Made by a program: the position numbers and the translations under genes
Notes under the pieces: generated by a model
What the model was told of the DNA's origin: nothing
The model's database searches: none
Seen by the model: only the letters and a program-made list of their open reading frames with translations
DNA from: Heteronotia binoei
Lineage: Eukaryota
Assembly: GCF_032191835.1 (NCBI RefSeq)
Contig: NC_083239.1
Location: 39,060,001-39,124,000 of the forward strand
Direction: 5' to 3'
Length of the DNA: 64,000 nt
In this document: piece after piece, positions 1-11,207 of the stretch
Numbering within the stretch: the first letter of the stretch is position 1
Layout: the number at the start of each line of letters is the position of its first letter

Positions 1-130
1 TGCTCACAAGACTCCATGGCTTAGAGGAAGCATTGCCCAGAGCACCCACCCACCCCCATCTTCATTCTTAACAAAACCCCTTCTATCGGTGACCAAAGAG
101 ACGTGAGGATCCAGGTAGTATAACAACAAG

Positions 131-314
131 TTTATTGAAAGTGCTCATAAATAAACAAGTGGGGTTTAATTATTAGTGCAACAGTGAAAGGTAGAAACAA
201 CAAAGGTGATGCAAAGAAAATAACAACCCTGACTTGACTAACTAAACATTCCCTTCCTCTAATGCCGACAGACTCACCACCCGTTGGGTGGGAGAATCTC
301 TTCCAGCTTTTATT
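131..314 (-). terminator. Candidate polyadenylation signals of Siglec-A (AATAAA at 314-309 and 136-131)
   Basis: tttatt on the plus strand at both sites. The distal one is followed on the minus strand by GU-rich cttgttgtt. Confidence 0.5.
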
Positions 315-636
315 TTTTAAAAGACATCTTCATACATTCTATTTTGGACAGTTACTGTAGTGACCCTGAGGGCTTCTTCTCCTCCCTCAAAACTGACTTT
401 TGTTGTCTTTCCCGACTTTTTAAGTACGGTAAACGATACTGACAGATTTCTCAAACTTCGTTTTAAAAAGATGATACGGTTGCCCTTCGTTAGTTTGTGG
501 GAATCTTCTAAATAGCAGTGGGCATTTTTACCTTCTTGTTTACACACCTTCAACCACTCCCTTACGTTTCTTTTTAAAACATTTCTGAGATGCCGTTGCC
601 TGTCATGGGCAAAGGAAGTGTGGTAGATCGTCCAGC

Positions 637-733
637 TCACGTCACTTTCATCGTGGGCTGCTTTTCCCTCAACGGAGCCTTCCTCTGGTTTGCAAAACGA
701 ATGGCCGAGAAGAAGACGAAACAAAACAAAACC
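637..733 (-). CDS. Siglec-A terminal coding exon, second half of TM and short tail (K-VLFCFVFFSAIRFANQRKAPLREKQPTMKVT*)
   Basis: ctaatgac branch-like motif, pyrimidine tract and tgtag acceptor. Completes codon AA|G=Lys. Stop TGA at 639-637. The acceptor context is shared with the paralog at 32833. Confidence 0.82.
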
Positions 734-1272
734 CTACAGAGGAGATTTCAGAGGGCAGGAAAAGGAGTCATTAGCCAAAGAGTGGGGCTCCCTGAACACA
801 GCCGGTGCATGGAAGTAGGCCATAGAGGCAACTGCCTGGCCTACAGGGCGCCACTAGGTGCCCCCTCCCCACACGCCCCTTCTGCCCACCCAAGATCCAG
901 GCGGACAAAAGAGGCGGTGTGGCCTCACTTTGAGGCTGCATCCCCTGTGAGGGAAGGCAGCCTCAGAGAAAGGCAGAGGTGCTGTATTGCCTCTTTCGTC
1001 CGCCTGGGAGCTGCAGCAACTACCTGCCTCCCCACTATTTAGCTGATCAATGGGGGGGGGGGGTTAAGTGGGAGGGGGGAGGCAGCAGAAGCAGCCGCAC
1101 CTCCTCCCCATTTAAAGACCCCCACCCATGGGGGGGCAGGGATGGGGGGGAGGAACGTGGGGAGGGGGCAGCAGCCTGGGAAAGCAACAAATCCCAGCAC
1201 CACCCCTGTCCCTGAACTGGCTCAAGAAGTTTTAACGTCAGCGGAGATCGGGACCACGGAGGCAAAAGGAAC

Positions 1273-1695
1273 TGAAGAAAACAACAAACTCACTCCGTGT
1301 ACAAAATAATTCTCTGTGTAATCCACAATATACGATTTCTTAGTCTTAAATAACAATCCAATGGCACAGAAAAAAGACCATCCAATGCACTACACGACTG
1401 CTGTCCAGAAAACAGATTGACGTTTAAACTGTAGTCCAAACGATAAAACAGAACAGGTCTATTTCGTTTCGGATATGAACTATCCTTCTTCAGGGGACCA
1501 TCTTCAAACTCTTAGGTTCGGTAGAGTTGAAGTGCCATATTTCTTTTCCTGGCTTTTCACGTTTCTATTTCATTTAATTCATTTTCTGGAATTCCAATTA
1601 CAATCCATCAGCATTTTGGCTGCTAAGAAATCACATTTTGTGGATTACACAGAGAATTATTTTGTACACGGAGTGAGTTTTGTTGTTTTTCTTCA
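1273..1695. repeat. ~70-bp inverted repeat with a decayed hammerhead-like core (Penelope-like)
   Basis: 1273-1343 is the reverse complement of 1623-1695. The minus strand at 1455-1499 reads CTGAAGA-A-GGATA(gttca)TATCC-GAAACG with no valid cleavage triplet. Confidence 0.65.
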
Positions 1696-1821
1696 AGAAG
1701 TCTGAAGGCGGATCTGGAGAACTTCTTATTGCAGCGTTCAGTTTTTTGGGATTTTTTCTCCCCAGCACGGCTATTCTGCTTTTCAGCCAAAGCACCCCCC
1801 AAGAACAGGAGAAATACTTAC

Positions 1822-1885
1822 TTGAACAAACACAGGATTATCAAGAAGAGGATTGCTGAAGACCCCCAAATGTTATTGTGGGATG
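1822..1885 (-). CDS. Siglec-A exon 6, stalk and first half of TM (SHNNIWGSSAILFLIILCLF-AA|)
   Basis: ttttctcatttcag acceptor, AA|GTAAGT donor, 64 nt (phase 1 in, phase 2 out). The paralog 33473-33536 is also 64 nt. Confidence 0.85.
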
Positions 1886-2731
1886 CTGAAATGAGAAAAC
1901 ATGGAAATCCTTCTGATTATCAGCAGCATCCAAGCCTTTCTATTGTCCCTCTTAGACAGGAGCTCCTTTGCATATTAGGCCACACACCCTTGATGTAGCC
2001 AATCCTCCAAGAGCTTACCAAAAAAAAGCCTTGTAAGCTCTTGGAAGATTGGCTGCATCAGGGGGTGTGGCCTGATATGCAAAGGCGCTCCTGCTAGAAT
2101 TCCATCCTGCTCTTAGAAAACACAATCACCCCAACCAAAACCTCAGTTCTGACACAGTACAGACAACCACAAGGTCTTTTCACCCCTATTTACCATTCAG
2201 AGCAGCATCTTCAGACAGAACAAATACTAAAAAGATATTTATACATATGAAGCTGCCTACACTGAACCAGACCCTTGGCCCATCAAGGGTCAGTACTGTC
2301 TACTCAGACTGAAAGTCTTTCCAGGGGGTCAGGCAGAGGTCTTTCCCATCACCAACTTCCTGATCCTTTAGCATCAGGGATTGAATGTGAGAACCAGTTT
2401 GATGTAGTGGTTAAGTGTGCGGACTCTTATCTGGGAGAACCGGGTTTGATTCACCTCTCCTCCACTTGCAGCTGCTGGAACGGCCTTGGGTCAGCCATAG
2501 CTCTTGCAGAGCTGTCCTTGAAAGGGCAGCTTCTGGGAGAGCTCTCTCAACCCCACCTACCTCACAGGCAGCATTCCCTCTAAGCTGAGTTAGCGTGAGC
2601 TAGCTCACAGATTTTTAGCCTCCAGCTTACCCATTTTTGTCTTTGCTCAGGAAAAATGGCCCCAGCAACACTCTATGCAGTAGCTCACAACTTTGATGGC
2701 AGTAGCTCACAAAGTAGAATTTTTGCTCACA

Positions 2732-3012
2732 AGAGCAGTTCGGTGTAGTGGTTAAGTGTGTGGACTCTTCTCTGGGAGAACTGGGTTTGATTCCCCACTC
2801 CTCCACATGCACCTGCTGGAATGGCCTTGGGTCAGCCATAGCTCTCGCAGAGCTTGTCCTTGAAAGGGCAGCTGCTGTGAGAGCCCTCTCAGCCCCACCC
2901 ACCTCACAGGGTACCTGTTGTGGGGGGAGAAGATATAGGAGATTGTGAGCCGCTCTGAGTCTCTGATCCAGAGAGAAGGGCAGGGTATAACTCTGCAATT
3001 CTTCTTCTTCTT
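2732..3012 (+). mobile_element. tRNA-derived SINE with L2-like tail and (CTT)n end (other copies: plus 2389-2570, 24568-24855; minus 15108-15385, 20157-20428, 28874-29163, 48235-48505, 49228-49462, 60153-60435, 60465-60730)
   Basis: GGTGTAGTGGTTAAG A-box, GGTTTGATTCCC B-box, shared body and TCT-repeat tail. Confidence 0.85.
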
Positions 3013-4581
3013 CACAAGACTCTGCAGCTTAGAGGAAACATTGCTCACTGGGTGTCTGTTGTGGGTGAGGGAGGTAAAGGAGATTCAGAGTGAGGGTGGG
3101 GTATAAATCCACTATCTTCTTCTTCATCTTCTTCTGCATGCCAAGTGGATGCTCCACTGCCGGGACACACAGCCCCCTCATCGCCCACAAAGCTGATGCC
3201 CCTATCTTTAAGTAAGAGCATCTTGAGAACACAGCCATTGGATAGACTCAAAACTGAAAACTCCCTTTTGGTTTTGGATGCATGTGCAGCGATGGGGGAG
3301 GGTGTTCCAAGTGACGTGTTTCTGTGTCAGGCATGAAATCTGTTTTGCGCAGAGGTGCTGCTCCGGTTGCTAACTCCAGGTTGGGAAATTCCTGGAGAGG
3401 TGGGGGATGAGCCTGGGGAGAGTGGGATTTGGGGAGGGACCTCCATGGGGCATATTGCTACCAAGTCCACCCTCCATTTTCTCCAGGGGAATCTGATCTC
3501 TGTCATCTGGAGATGAGTAGAAATTCCGAAAGATCTCAAGCCCCCCCCCCCCCCCCGGAGGTTGAAGCAACAACTGACCTGCAAGGGCTACTGTGATCAA
3601 AAATCACTATGCTGTAACTAGGGCTTTTGTAGAAAAAGCCCAGCAGGAACTCATTTGCATATTAGGCTACACCCCCTGTTGCCAAGCCAGCCGGAATGGT
3701 GTTCCTGTGTGTTCCTGCTCAAAAAAAGCCCTAGCTGTAACAATAACCATTAATTACATTTAATAGAACAGGTATGCATAGTACACAAAAATCCTTCTTC
3801 AATATCATATAAAGCAGTAGTGTCACACAATACAGTTCATATTCCAAATTCACAATAGGATAGTCTTCTTCAGGATTTTTTTTTTGCCGCAGGAACTCCT
3901 TTGCATATTAGGCCACACCCCTTGATATAGCCCATCCTTCAAGAGCTCTTTGTACAGGGCCTACTGTAAGCTCCAGGGGGACTGGCTACATCGGGGTGTG
4001 TGGCCTAATATGCAAATGAGTTCCTGCTACAAAAAAAGGCCTGGTCTTCTTAAAATCCCAGGAAAGACAAACCACAACAGGACCGTTAACTTTCACTACC
4101 TGTTTCATTCAAGAATTTCTTCAGGCATGGGATTTACTAGGACTCTGAGCAAATAACACTCTACCTGTCCTATGAAATGGAATTCATGTTTATTGTTACA
4201 GCGTAGACATTTTTGACCACAGTAGCCCTTGCAGGTTAGTTGCTGCTTCAAGTCTGTGTGATCACTCTTCTTGTATTACACACCCACCGAGAGGCTGGCC
4301 GCCCGAGCTGTTGCTGTGTCAACCTCATTATGTTGCGCTTGTGGAGAGGGGGGGGGTCCCCCTCGCTTTCAGAAATCGGTTTGTGCCAAAGCAAGAAAAC
4401 AATCACACTGATCCAAGAGAGTCCTTCCTCCAACCTTCATATGGGCAGAGGCTAGAGATGTCGCCACGGGGTGGGGAAATCCTCACCTGTTAGATTTCTG
4501 CCTGGCCTCAGGGCAAAAGGGGAGGAGGAAGAGTGGCAAACCAAAGGCAAGAACCCCCATCTAAAGGTGCACAGATCTTAC

Positions 4582-4848
4582 ATTGCACACACAACCACAG
4601 GGTCTTCGTGGCTGAGCCATAGGGGGTTTCTGCCTGGCACTGGTACTTCCCAGCATCCTCTGGTCTGAGCTCCGGCAGCAAGAGAACGCACTCCATGCCC
4701 TGCCTGGTGCAGTTGAGGGTGTCATTCCCCTTCCTCCAGCTTAGGGTGGGGACAGGTCTGCTCTCTGCCTCACAGTGCAGGCTGATGCTTTCACCCTCTT
4801 GGGCCACTGCAGCATCCAGATCCCCACTGGCTTCCCGGGAGCACGAAG
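4582..4848 (-). CDS. Siglec-A exon 5, third Ig domain (C2-set)
   Basis: tcttttcctcttgcag acceptor, T|GTAAGA donor, 267 nt, phase 1-1. EGESISLHCEAESRPVPTLSW...EDAGKYQCQA is a canonical C2-set signature. Confidence 0.92.
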
Positions 4849-6868
4849 CTGCAAGAGGAAAAGATCCGGGTTAGAGGGGAGTAGCCTATGGTTCCCATTG
4901 CTGTTGCAGCATTGCCAACTCTGGGTTGGGAAATTCTTGGTGGAGTTTGGAGTGGGGGAGGGAGGTCAGCGGGGATATGATGCCATGAGGTTTACCCTCC
5001 AGAGAAGGGTTGCCTGGTCTGCCTTGGAAAATGCGTGGAGACTTGGGGGGGTGGAGCTGGGAGAGGGCGGGGTTTGAGGAGGGGAGGGGCTTCAGCATGG
5101 TGCAGTGCCATAGCATCCACCCTTCCAAGCAGCCATTTTCTCCAGGGGAGCTGATCTCTGCCAGCTGACAATCAGTTGTAAAAGCGAGAGATCTCCAGGT
5201 CCCACCTGGAGGCTGGCAACCCTACTCCTGAGCTGCCATTTCCTGCAGAGAAGCCAGTCTCTGGAGATCTGTTGTAATTCTGGGAGAGCTTCAGGCCCAC
5301 CCGGTTCGCCATCCTACTTACACCCTTCTAACTCCACTGATTCTGACCGATTTCGGAAAACGTGGCTCTGTTTAGGATTGCATTAAGAAGACAGCAGTCA
5401 AGACAGAATTTGACGCAAAGTTTCCTCGTTCTAAGGCCTGCTTCATGCATGCAGGGGAATGAAAAGGAAAACAAAGTGGTAAAATACAGATGTGGTAGAA
5501 TGGACTGCACCATGGCAGGCTGAGGGTACAGCAGCACATTTTGGAATGCCTCCCAATATTAAAAAACCTCCCCTCCCCCCCCCCTCAAGCCAAAAAAACA
5601 GCAAGACATGCAAAGAAATGGGAGGCAGAACTTTTTTCCCACCCTTTGGTGTACTAATGTTCTCTTTGCATGGAAGTTTTCTTCTTTTAAGGAAAAGGAA
5701 TGCTGAAAGCTAGAGGCAGCCCACCAGAGCCTAAAGTGGTGCTGTCCATCCCACCACCGCCATTCTAACCTAGGGTTGCCAACCTCCCGGTGGAGACTAG
5801 AGAACTGCAACTGATCTCCAGACCACAGAGTTACATAAGGACATAAGAGAAGCCCTGTTGGATCAGGCCAATGGCCCATTCAGTCCAACACAGTGGCCAA
5901 AAAAACCAGGTGCCTTCAGGAGGTCCATTAGTACACTAGAAGCCCTTCCACTGTGGCCCCCTCCACCCTACAGAGCATCACTGCCCCAGACAGAGAGTTC
6001 CAACAATACGCTGTGGCTAATAGCCACTGATAGACCTCTGCTCCATATGTTGATCCAATCCCCTCTTGAAGCTGTCTACGCTTGTAGCCTCCACTACCTC
6101 CTGTGGCAGTGAATTCCATGTGCTAATCATCCTTTGAGTGAAGAAGTACTTCCTTTTATCCATTCTAACCCAACTGCTCCACAATTTCATCGAGTGCCCA
6201 CGAGTTCTTGTATTGTGAGAAAGGGAGAAAAGGACTTCTTTCGCTACCTACTCTATCCCATGCATAATCTTGTCAACCTCTACCATGTCACCCCTCAGTC
6301 AATGTTTCTCCAAGCTAAAGAGCCCCAATTCACTTACTTTGGAGGGCATGGCAGATTCAGAGAGTCCACTGGATGGCACTGTGTCCCACTAAGGTCCTCC
6401 CCCCTCCAAACTCCAGAAACCGCCCCCCACAAATCAGGAATTACCCAACCCTTTCTCACGCTTGGCTGTCCTCTTTCTTCTTTATTTGTGAACCAGGCCT
6501 AAGTCTTGAATTTCTGCATATGAACTTGAAATATCTCAAAACCCAAGGTTTATGTATTGGGGAGAGCGACAGCTTTTGTGGATTTGAGACTGTGTGTGCT
6601 TGGAACGGCTACTGTAGTGAAAATAAACTAGATGGTCCCTTTCCCTACGTAACACCAACATCCTTGTCCACTCTCCACTACCGGTTAATGAACTCTAATC
6701 TGACTTTCCAACTGTATGTCGAGACCTTGGGACACTTGTGTTAGCTGTCCAATGGATTCCTAGTGGTACCTTGACAAGACCTGGGAACTGTTAAGTCTCT
6801 GGCAGGGAAGGGAGAGAAAAGAGTGATTAGTAAAGATATTCCAGTGTTTTTAGACATTTTAGACTCAC

Positions 6869-6922
6869 CAAGATGCCCGTGATCTGTAGCATTTGTGGAG
6901 ATTTTGACAGTCTTGGGTGGAT
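6869..6922 (-). CDS. Siglec-A exon 4, 18-codon linker (D)PPKTVKISTNATDHGHL
   Basis: tgtttcag acceptor, G|GTGAGT donor, 54 nt, phase 1-1. The paralogous exon 34044-34097 has identical length. CD33-related Siglecs have a short linker exon here. Confidence 0.85.
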
Positions 6923-7042
6923 CTGAAACAACCAAGAGCATGGTAAGAACTTCTAAAGGGGAGCCCAAGATAAAAGGAGGAGAGAGATGGTGACAGTCTC
7001 CGGGGGAAAGAAGTCAATATAAAAGTGAAGGGAACAACTCAC

Positions 7043-7342
7043 CAGCAACATCAACATGGATGAACTTCTCAACTGTTTTCCATATATTAGGGTACTGGAC
7101 CTTGCAGGTGAGCCATTTGCCCTGATCATTGAGGGAGGGTGTGAAGGTGAAATTGGACCCATAAGTCCAACTGCCATTGCTGTGCTGTTGGCTCCACTGA
7201 GTCCTTCCGTATTTTCTCAAACGGGTATGCCATGAAAATGTGGGCTCAATCTTAATGCAGGGCCCTGGTGCCAAACAAGTATAAACAGCTTCCTTCCCAG
7301 AAAGTACCGCCGCTGAGGCCCACATCTGTGGTTTCTCTAACT
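7043..7342 (-). CDS. Siglec-A exon 3, second Ig domain (C-type)
   Basis: tttttctctgcctag acceptor, G|GTGAGT donor, 300 nt, phase 1-1. TCLAPGPC (Siglec domain-2 C-x4-C pattern), FSW, WLTCKVQYP. Confidence 0.92.
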
Positions 7343-8724
7343 CTAGGCAGAGAAAAACAAAGCAAAGCAGACTGTTTCTTTTTTATCCCTCAGTGTTCTC
7401 CTCAGTGAAGGCCCAGAGAAGCTTACAGTATTGTTCTCCTCTCCATTTTATCCTCACAACAACCCTGTGAGGTGGATTAGGCTCAGAGAATGGCTGGGTC
7501 CGGATGGCCAGTATAAGCCACCGCAGGGACTCCCCACAACTGACCCAAAAAAGCATGTCCAAACATGCACATCTGGCTCCCGTCCCACCCCCGCCCTCAC
7601 CCCATCCTTACCTGTCATTCTGCCACCTCAAAAAGATACCAATTAGTAAGTGGTAGCAAACTGGTGAGGTGTTTCAGAGGCGCTTTTCCTGGACGACTGA
7701 ATGGCCAGAAAGTGCTGGGGCAGCAGCGGAAAGTGTATGAGCTCTGTGAACACTCCTCTGGGACACCTGTGGCCCATCCCTGTTCCGGCGGTGAGCTGCA
7801 TGCCATCTGACTGCCCCAGGGTGCTTCTTTTTATGCCGGCTCACTTCTAGGATGGGATGCTGCTGCCCCAAGCTGGAGTCTGGACCCAGCCAATGTGACT
7901 GACTCAAAGTCAGCCAGAGAGCACCAAGATCACCTAAGCAAGCCTACTCAGATTTGCACTGAAGTCTATTCAATGAGGCTTATTCCCAGGAAAACAGATT
8001 GAGGTGGGGAGCCTGAAGTACCAGAACAAAATTTGAGTCCAGTGGCCCCTTTATAGCCAACAAAGTTTGATTCTGGTTATAAGCTTTTGTGTGCATGCAG
8101 ATGTTATCAGAAGAAGTGTGCATACACACCAAACCTTATATCCAGAATAAACCTTTGTTAGTCTTAAAGGTGCCACTAGACTGAAATTTTCTTTTAAGAA
8201 AAAGTGTTCTTAGGATGGCACTGCCAGTAAGTTTCCATAGCAGAGAATGGATTCGAACTGAGGTCTCCTCAATTGAAGTCTGGCACTCTAGCTATAAAAT
8301 GTCTTTCTTCTTTGCAGCCCACCTCATCGCAAGAGTGCAATTTATTTATTTTTTTGCTTAAGTTAACATATTTTTAAACGGGGTTCAAATTTTCCAAGAA
8401 AATCTCCAACACAGCTAAAAAAAAAATCACAAAAGGTAATAAAGATACAATAAATTACCATTATCAGTCAGAGCAAAGAATATCATTAAACACAATAAAA
8501 AAATTAGCTCCTTCCCAAATTGGGTTTTCAAGTCTGACTTGGGAAACTCCTGTAGATCTGGGAGCAGTTCCTGTGGATGGTAGAGTTCAGGGAGGGGAGC
8601 TCAAGCAGGGATATGATGCCATAGAGTTCACTCTCCAAAGCTGCCCTTTTGTCCAGGGAAACTGAGCATTATGGCCTGGAGATCTGTTGTTAATTCCTGG
8701 AGAACTCCAGGCCCCACCTGGAGG

Positions 8725-9372
8725 CTCAACCAACAACAAAGAACTGTGGAAAAATAACGAAAAATTAATGAAAAATACTTCAAAATTGTAATAGATAATT
8801 AAACACTTCAACTTCACACATTTTCACATATCATTACACATAACATATTATCAAAAATGCAAAGTATAAAGTACAAGGAATAAATATTCAAAAGTGCTTG
8901 CAGTTAGTCCATATCCAGTTTGAAATCCTTGAAAACTATTCATTAAAGTGCCAGTGTCCAATGTGTTGCAATTGCAGATAATTCTTGTTCTTCAGCAAAG
9001 AATTTATGATGTTAAGACGTTGCTTTAAACTTCGTTTCTTTAAAGACGTTTATTATATAGTGGAAGGTCATAAGCCTCTAACAGTAAAGCTTGTAATACT
9101 GTTTCAAATGTCTTCATCGGAGAAACCTATTCCACTTATCAACTTCCAGCCTGGCACTTTAATGAATAGTTTTCAAGGATTTCAAACTGGATATGGACTA
9201 ACTGCAAGCACTTTTGAATATTTATTCCTTGTACTTTATACTTTGCATTTTTGATAATATGTTGTTATGTGTAATGATATGTGAAAATGTGTGAAGTTTA
9301 AGTGTTTAATTATCTATTACAATTTTGAAGTATTTTTCATTATTTTTCCACAGTTCTTTGTTGTTGGTTGAG
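8725..9372. repeat. ~225-bp near-perfect inverted repeat (probable Penelope fragment) in Siglec-A intron 2
   Basis: 8725-8954 is the reverse complement of 9151-9372, with a 196-nt spacer holding a decayed ccgatgaagac..gaaac motif on the minus strand. Confidence 0.8.
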
Positions 9373-10071
9373 TCATTCTCTGTGGAACTCTAGGCTTTTC
9401 ACCCACCTGGAGGCTGGCAACTAAATACTCAATGGTGCATTGTTTTCAGAGCAACAAGGATCATGAAGCAGATGCTTTTCCAATAGGCTCCAGCACCGAA
9501 AGGAAGCATGAAGCAGTAACTAAGTAAAAGAGAAAAAATATACATGCTTGCCTAGTGCTAGGATGACAGGAGGGATCACAAGCGGGCAAAAGATACCCTG
9601 TCAATCAGTGTAATGCTGAACAGAATCACGCTCTTCTAAAAGCTACAACCTTCAGTCACTGTGATCAGGATTGCACAGTGGGGTGGGGTGGGGAGAAGGC
9701 AGCATGAAAGCAGCAATTTTCAGTGGGGAAGTAGCGGGGCAAGAAAGGGCTGAGCCCTCCTCCCCCACTGAAATAATGATGCCACAGGAAGAGGAAGCGC
9801 AAGTGCTTCACATATCCGGTTTCTCAATGTTGCTACAAAAGATACGGCTTCTCCAGCAGGGAGATGGTCATCTTCCTTCCTACTTTAGGAAATATGAAAG
9901 GCATTATTTCAAACATGACCAGGATGTGGGAGAAAAGGAGGCATGAGACTCATGAGCTTCCTTTTCCTTTACATTCTGCAAAATGCTCGCAGCTGCCAAA
10001 CTATTTTTCCTCCTCTCTGCATGGAAGAGACAGCCAAACAGTCAAGATATAGATAAGGAGGAAAGTCTTGC

Positions 10072-10482
10072 CTGTCACGTGAACTTGGACTTTTTGAGTC
10101 ACGTAGCTGTATCCCAAAGCGCTGTTCTTAATTCGAAAGTAGTACTCCCCTGCGTCCTCTGAGCGGGCATCCAGGATGCTGAAGGAGCAATTGCCTTCTT
10201 CCGGCTCGCCTGTTAAGCTGAAACGGGTCTTCACAGAGAACCAGGTCTCCTTCTCGTCATTTGTGGCCACAAGAATACCTTTAGCCCAGCCATAGGAGCG
10301 GTGGGCAAAATAGTGCCCCTCTCCATCTTTGTATTGTAACCAATAACCATAGAGTTTCTCAGGGTTGGTCCTGTCTGTCTGATCATAAGTGAAGCTGCAG
10401 GGAATGTGAACACAGAGGCCACGTTGCACGGAGACAGAGGCGGGAACCGTCAGGTTATAGGCTGCATTCTGGCTCCACAGAC
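10072..10482 (-). CDS. Siglec-A exon 2, V-set sialic-acid-binding Ig domain
   Basis: Pyrimidine tract+AG at 10484-10483, 411 nt, phase 1-1. Motifs VSVQRGLCVHIPCSF, YGYW, RFSLTGEPEEGNCSFSI and DAGEYYFR (essential Arg), ending VHVT. Donor is AG|GCAAGA (GC-AG intron). Confidence 0.93.
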
Positions 10483-11207
10483 CTTCCAGAGAAAGAAGAC
10501 AGGAGTTAGCTGGCATAGTGGCAAAACTTGGTGATGCTGCCTTTTGCCTTGGCTCTTCCATAGTTCTACCCAGGCCTTTCAGCACCATTCAGGACATTGG
10601 AAAGCTCCCAGAGATGCCCAGAGCTCTCCGCTTGATGGGGATGCTGCTGAGTGTCCTGCCAAAGAGGCAGATTCTCAGACCCTCAGGCAAGCATAGGGCC
10701 CAGAAGCAAGAAGCGGGAGCTGGGATGGATGGTCCCAGGGGTAGCCAAACTGTGGCTCAGGAGCCACATGGGGCTCTTTCACACATATTGTGCGGCTCTT
10801 GAAGCCCGCCCCCCACCTCATCAGCCAGTTTGGAGAAGGAATTTCTCTCTTTAAATCATTTCTCCAAGCCAAGGCAGCTGGTGGTTTGAAGAATATATTT
10901 AAAGTTAAAGATGCTTTCTTTCTACCTCCCTTCCTCCTTCCTGTCTTGCAGCTCTCAAACATCTGATGTTTATTCTATGTGGCTCTTAAGTTAAGCAAGT
11001 TCGGCCAACCCGGCTCTAGGTTCTCTTCATGTCTGTAATTGTTGGGTTTTAGTCAAGCCCTATGAGGTCCTTTCTCCACATTGCAAGAGATGCAGGGACG
11101 TTGACCTGATGCCCCTGTGTTCAGAATTCACCCATCCCCTGCTCCCATTTGCAGAGGCCAGAAAAAGCTGAATGTCATACAATCAAGATCTATTATTCCT
11201 TTGTTAA

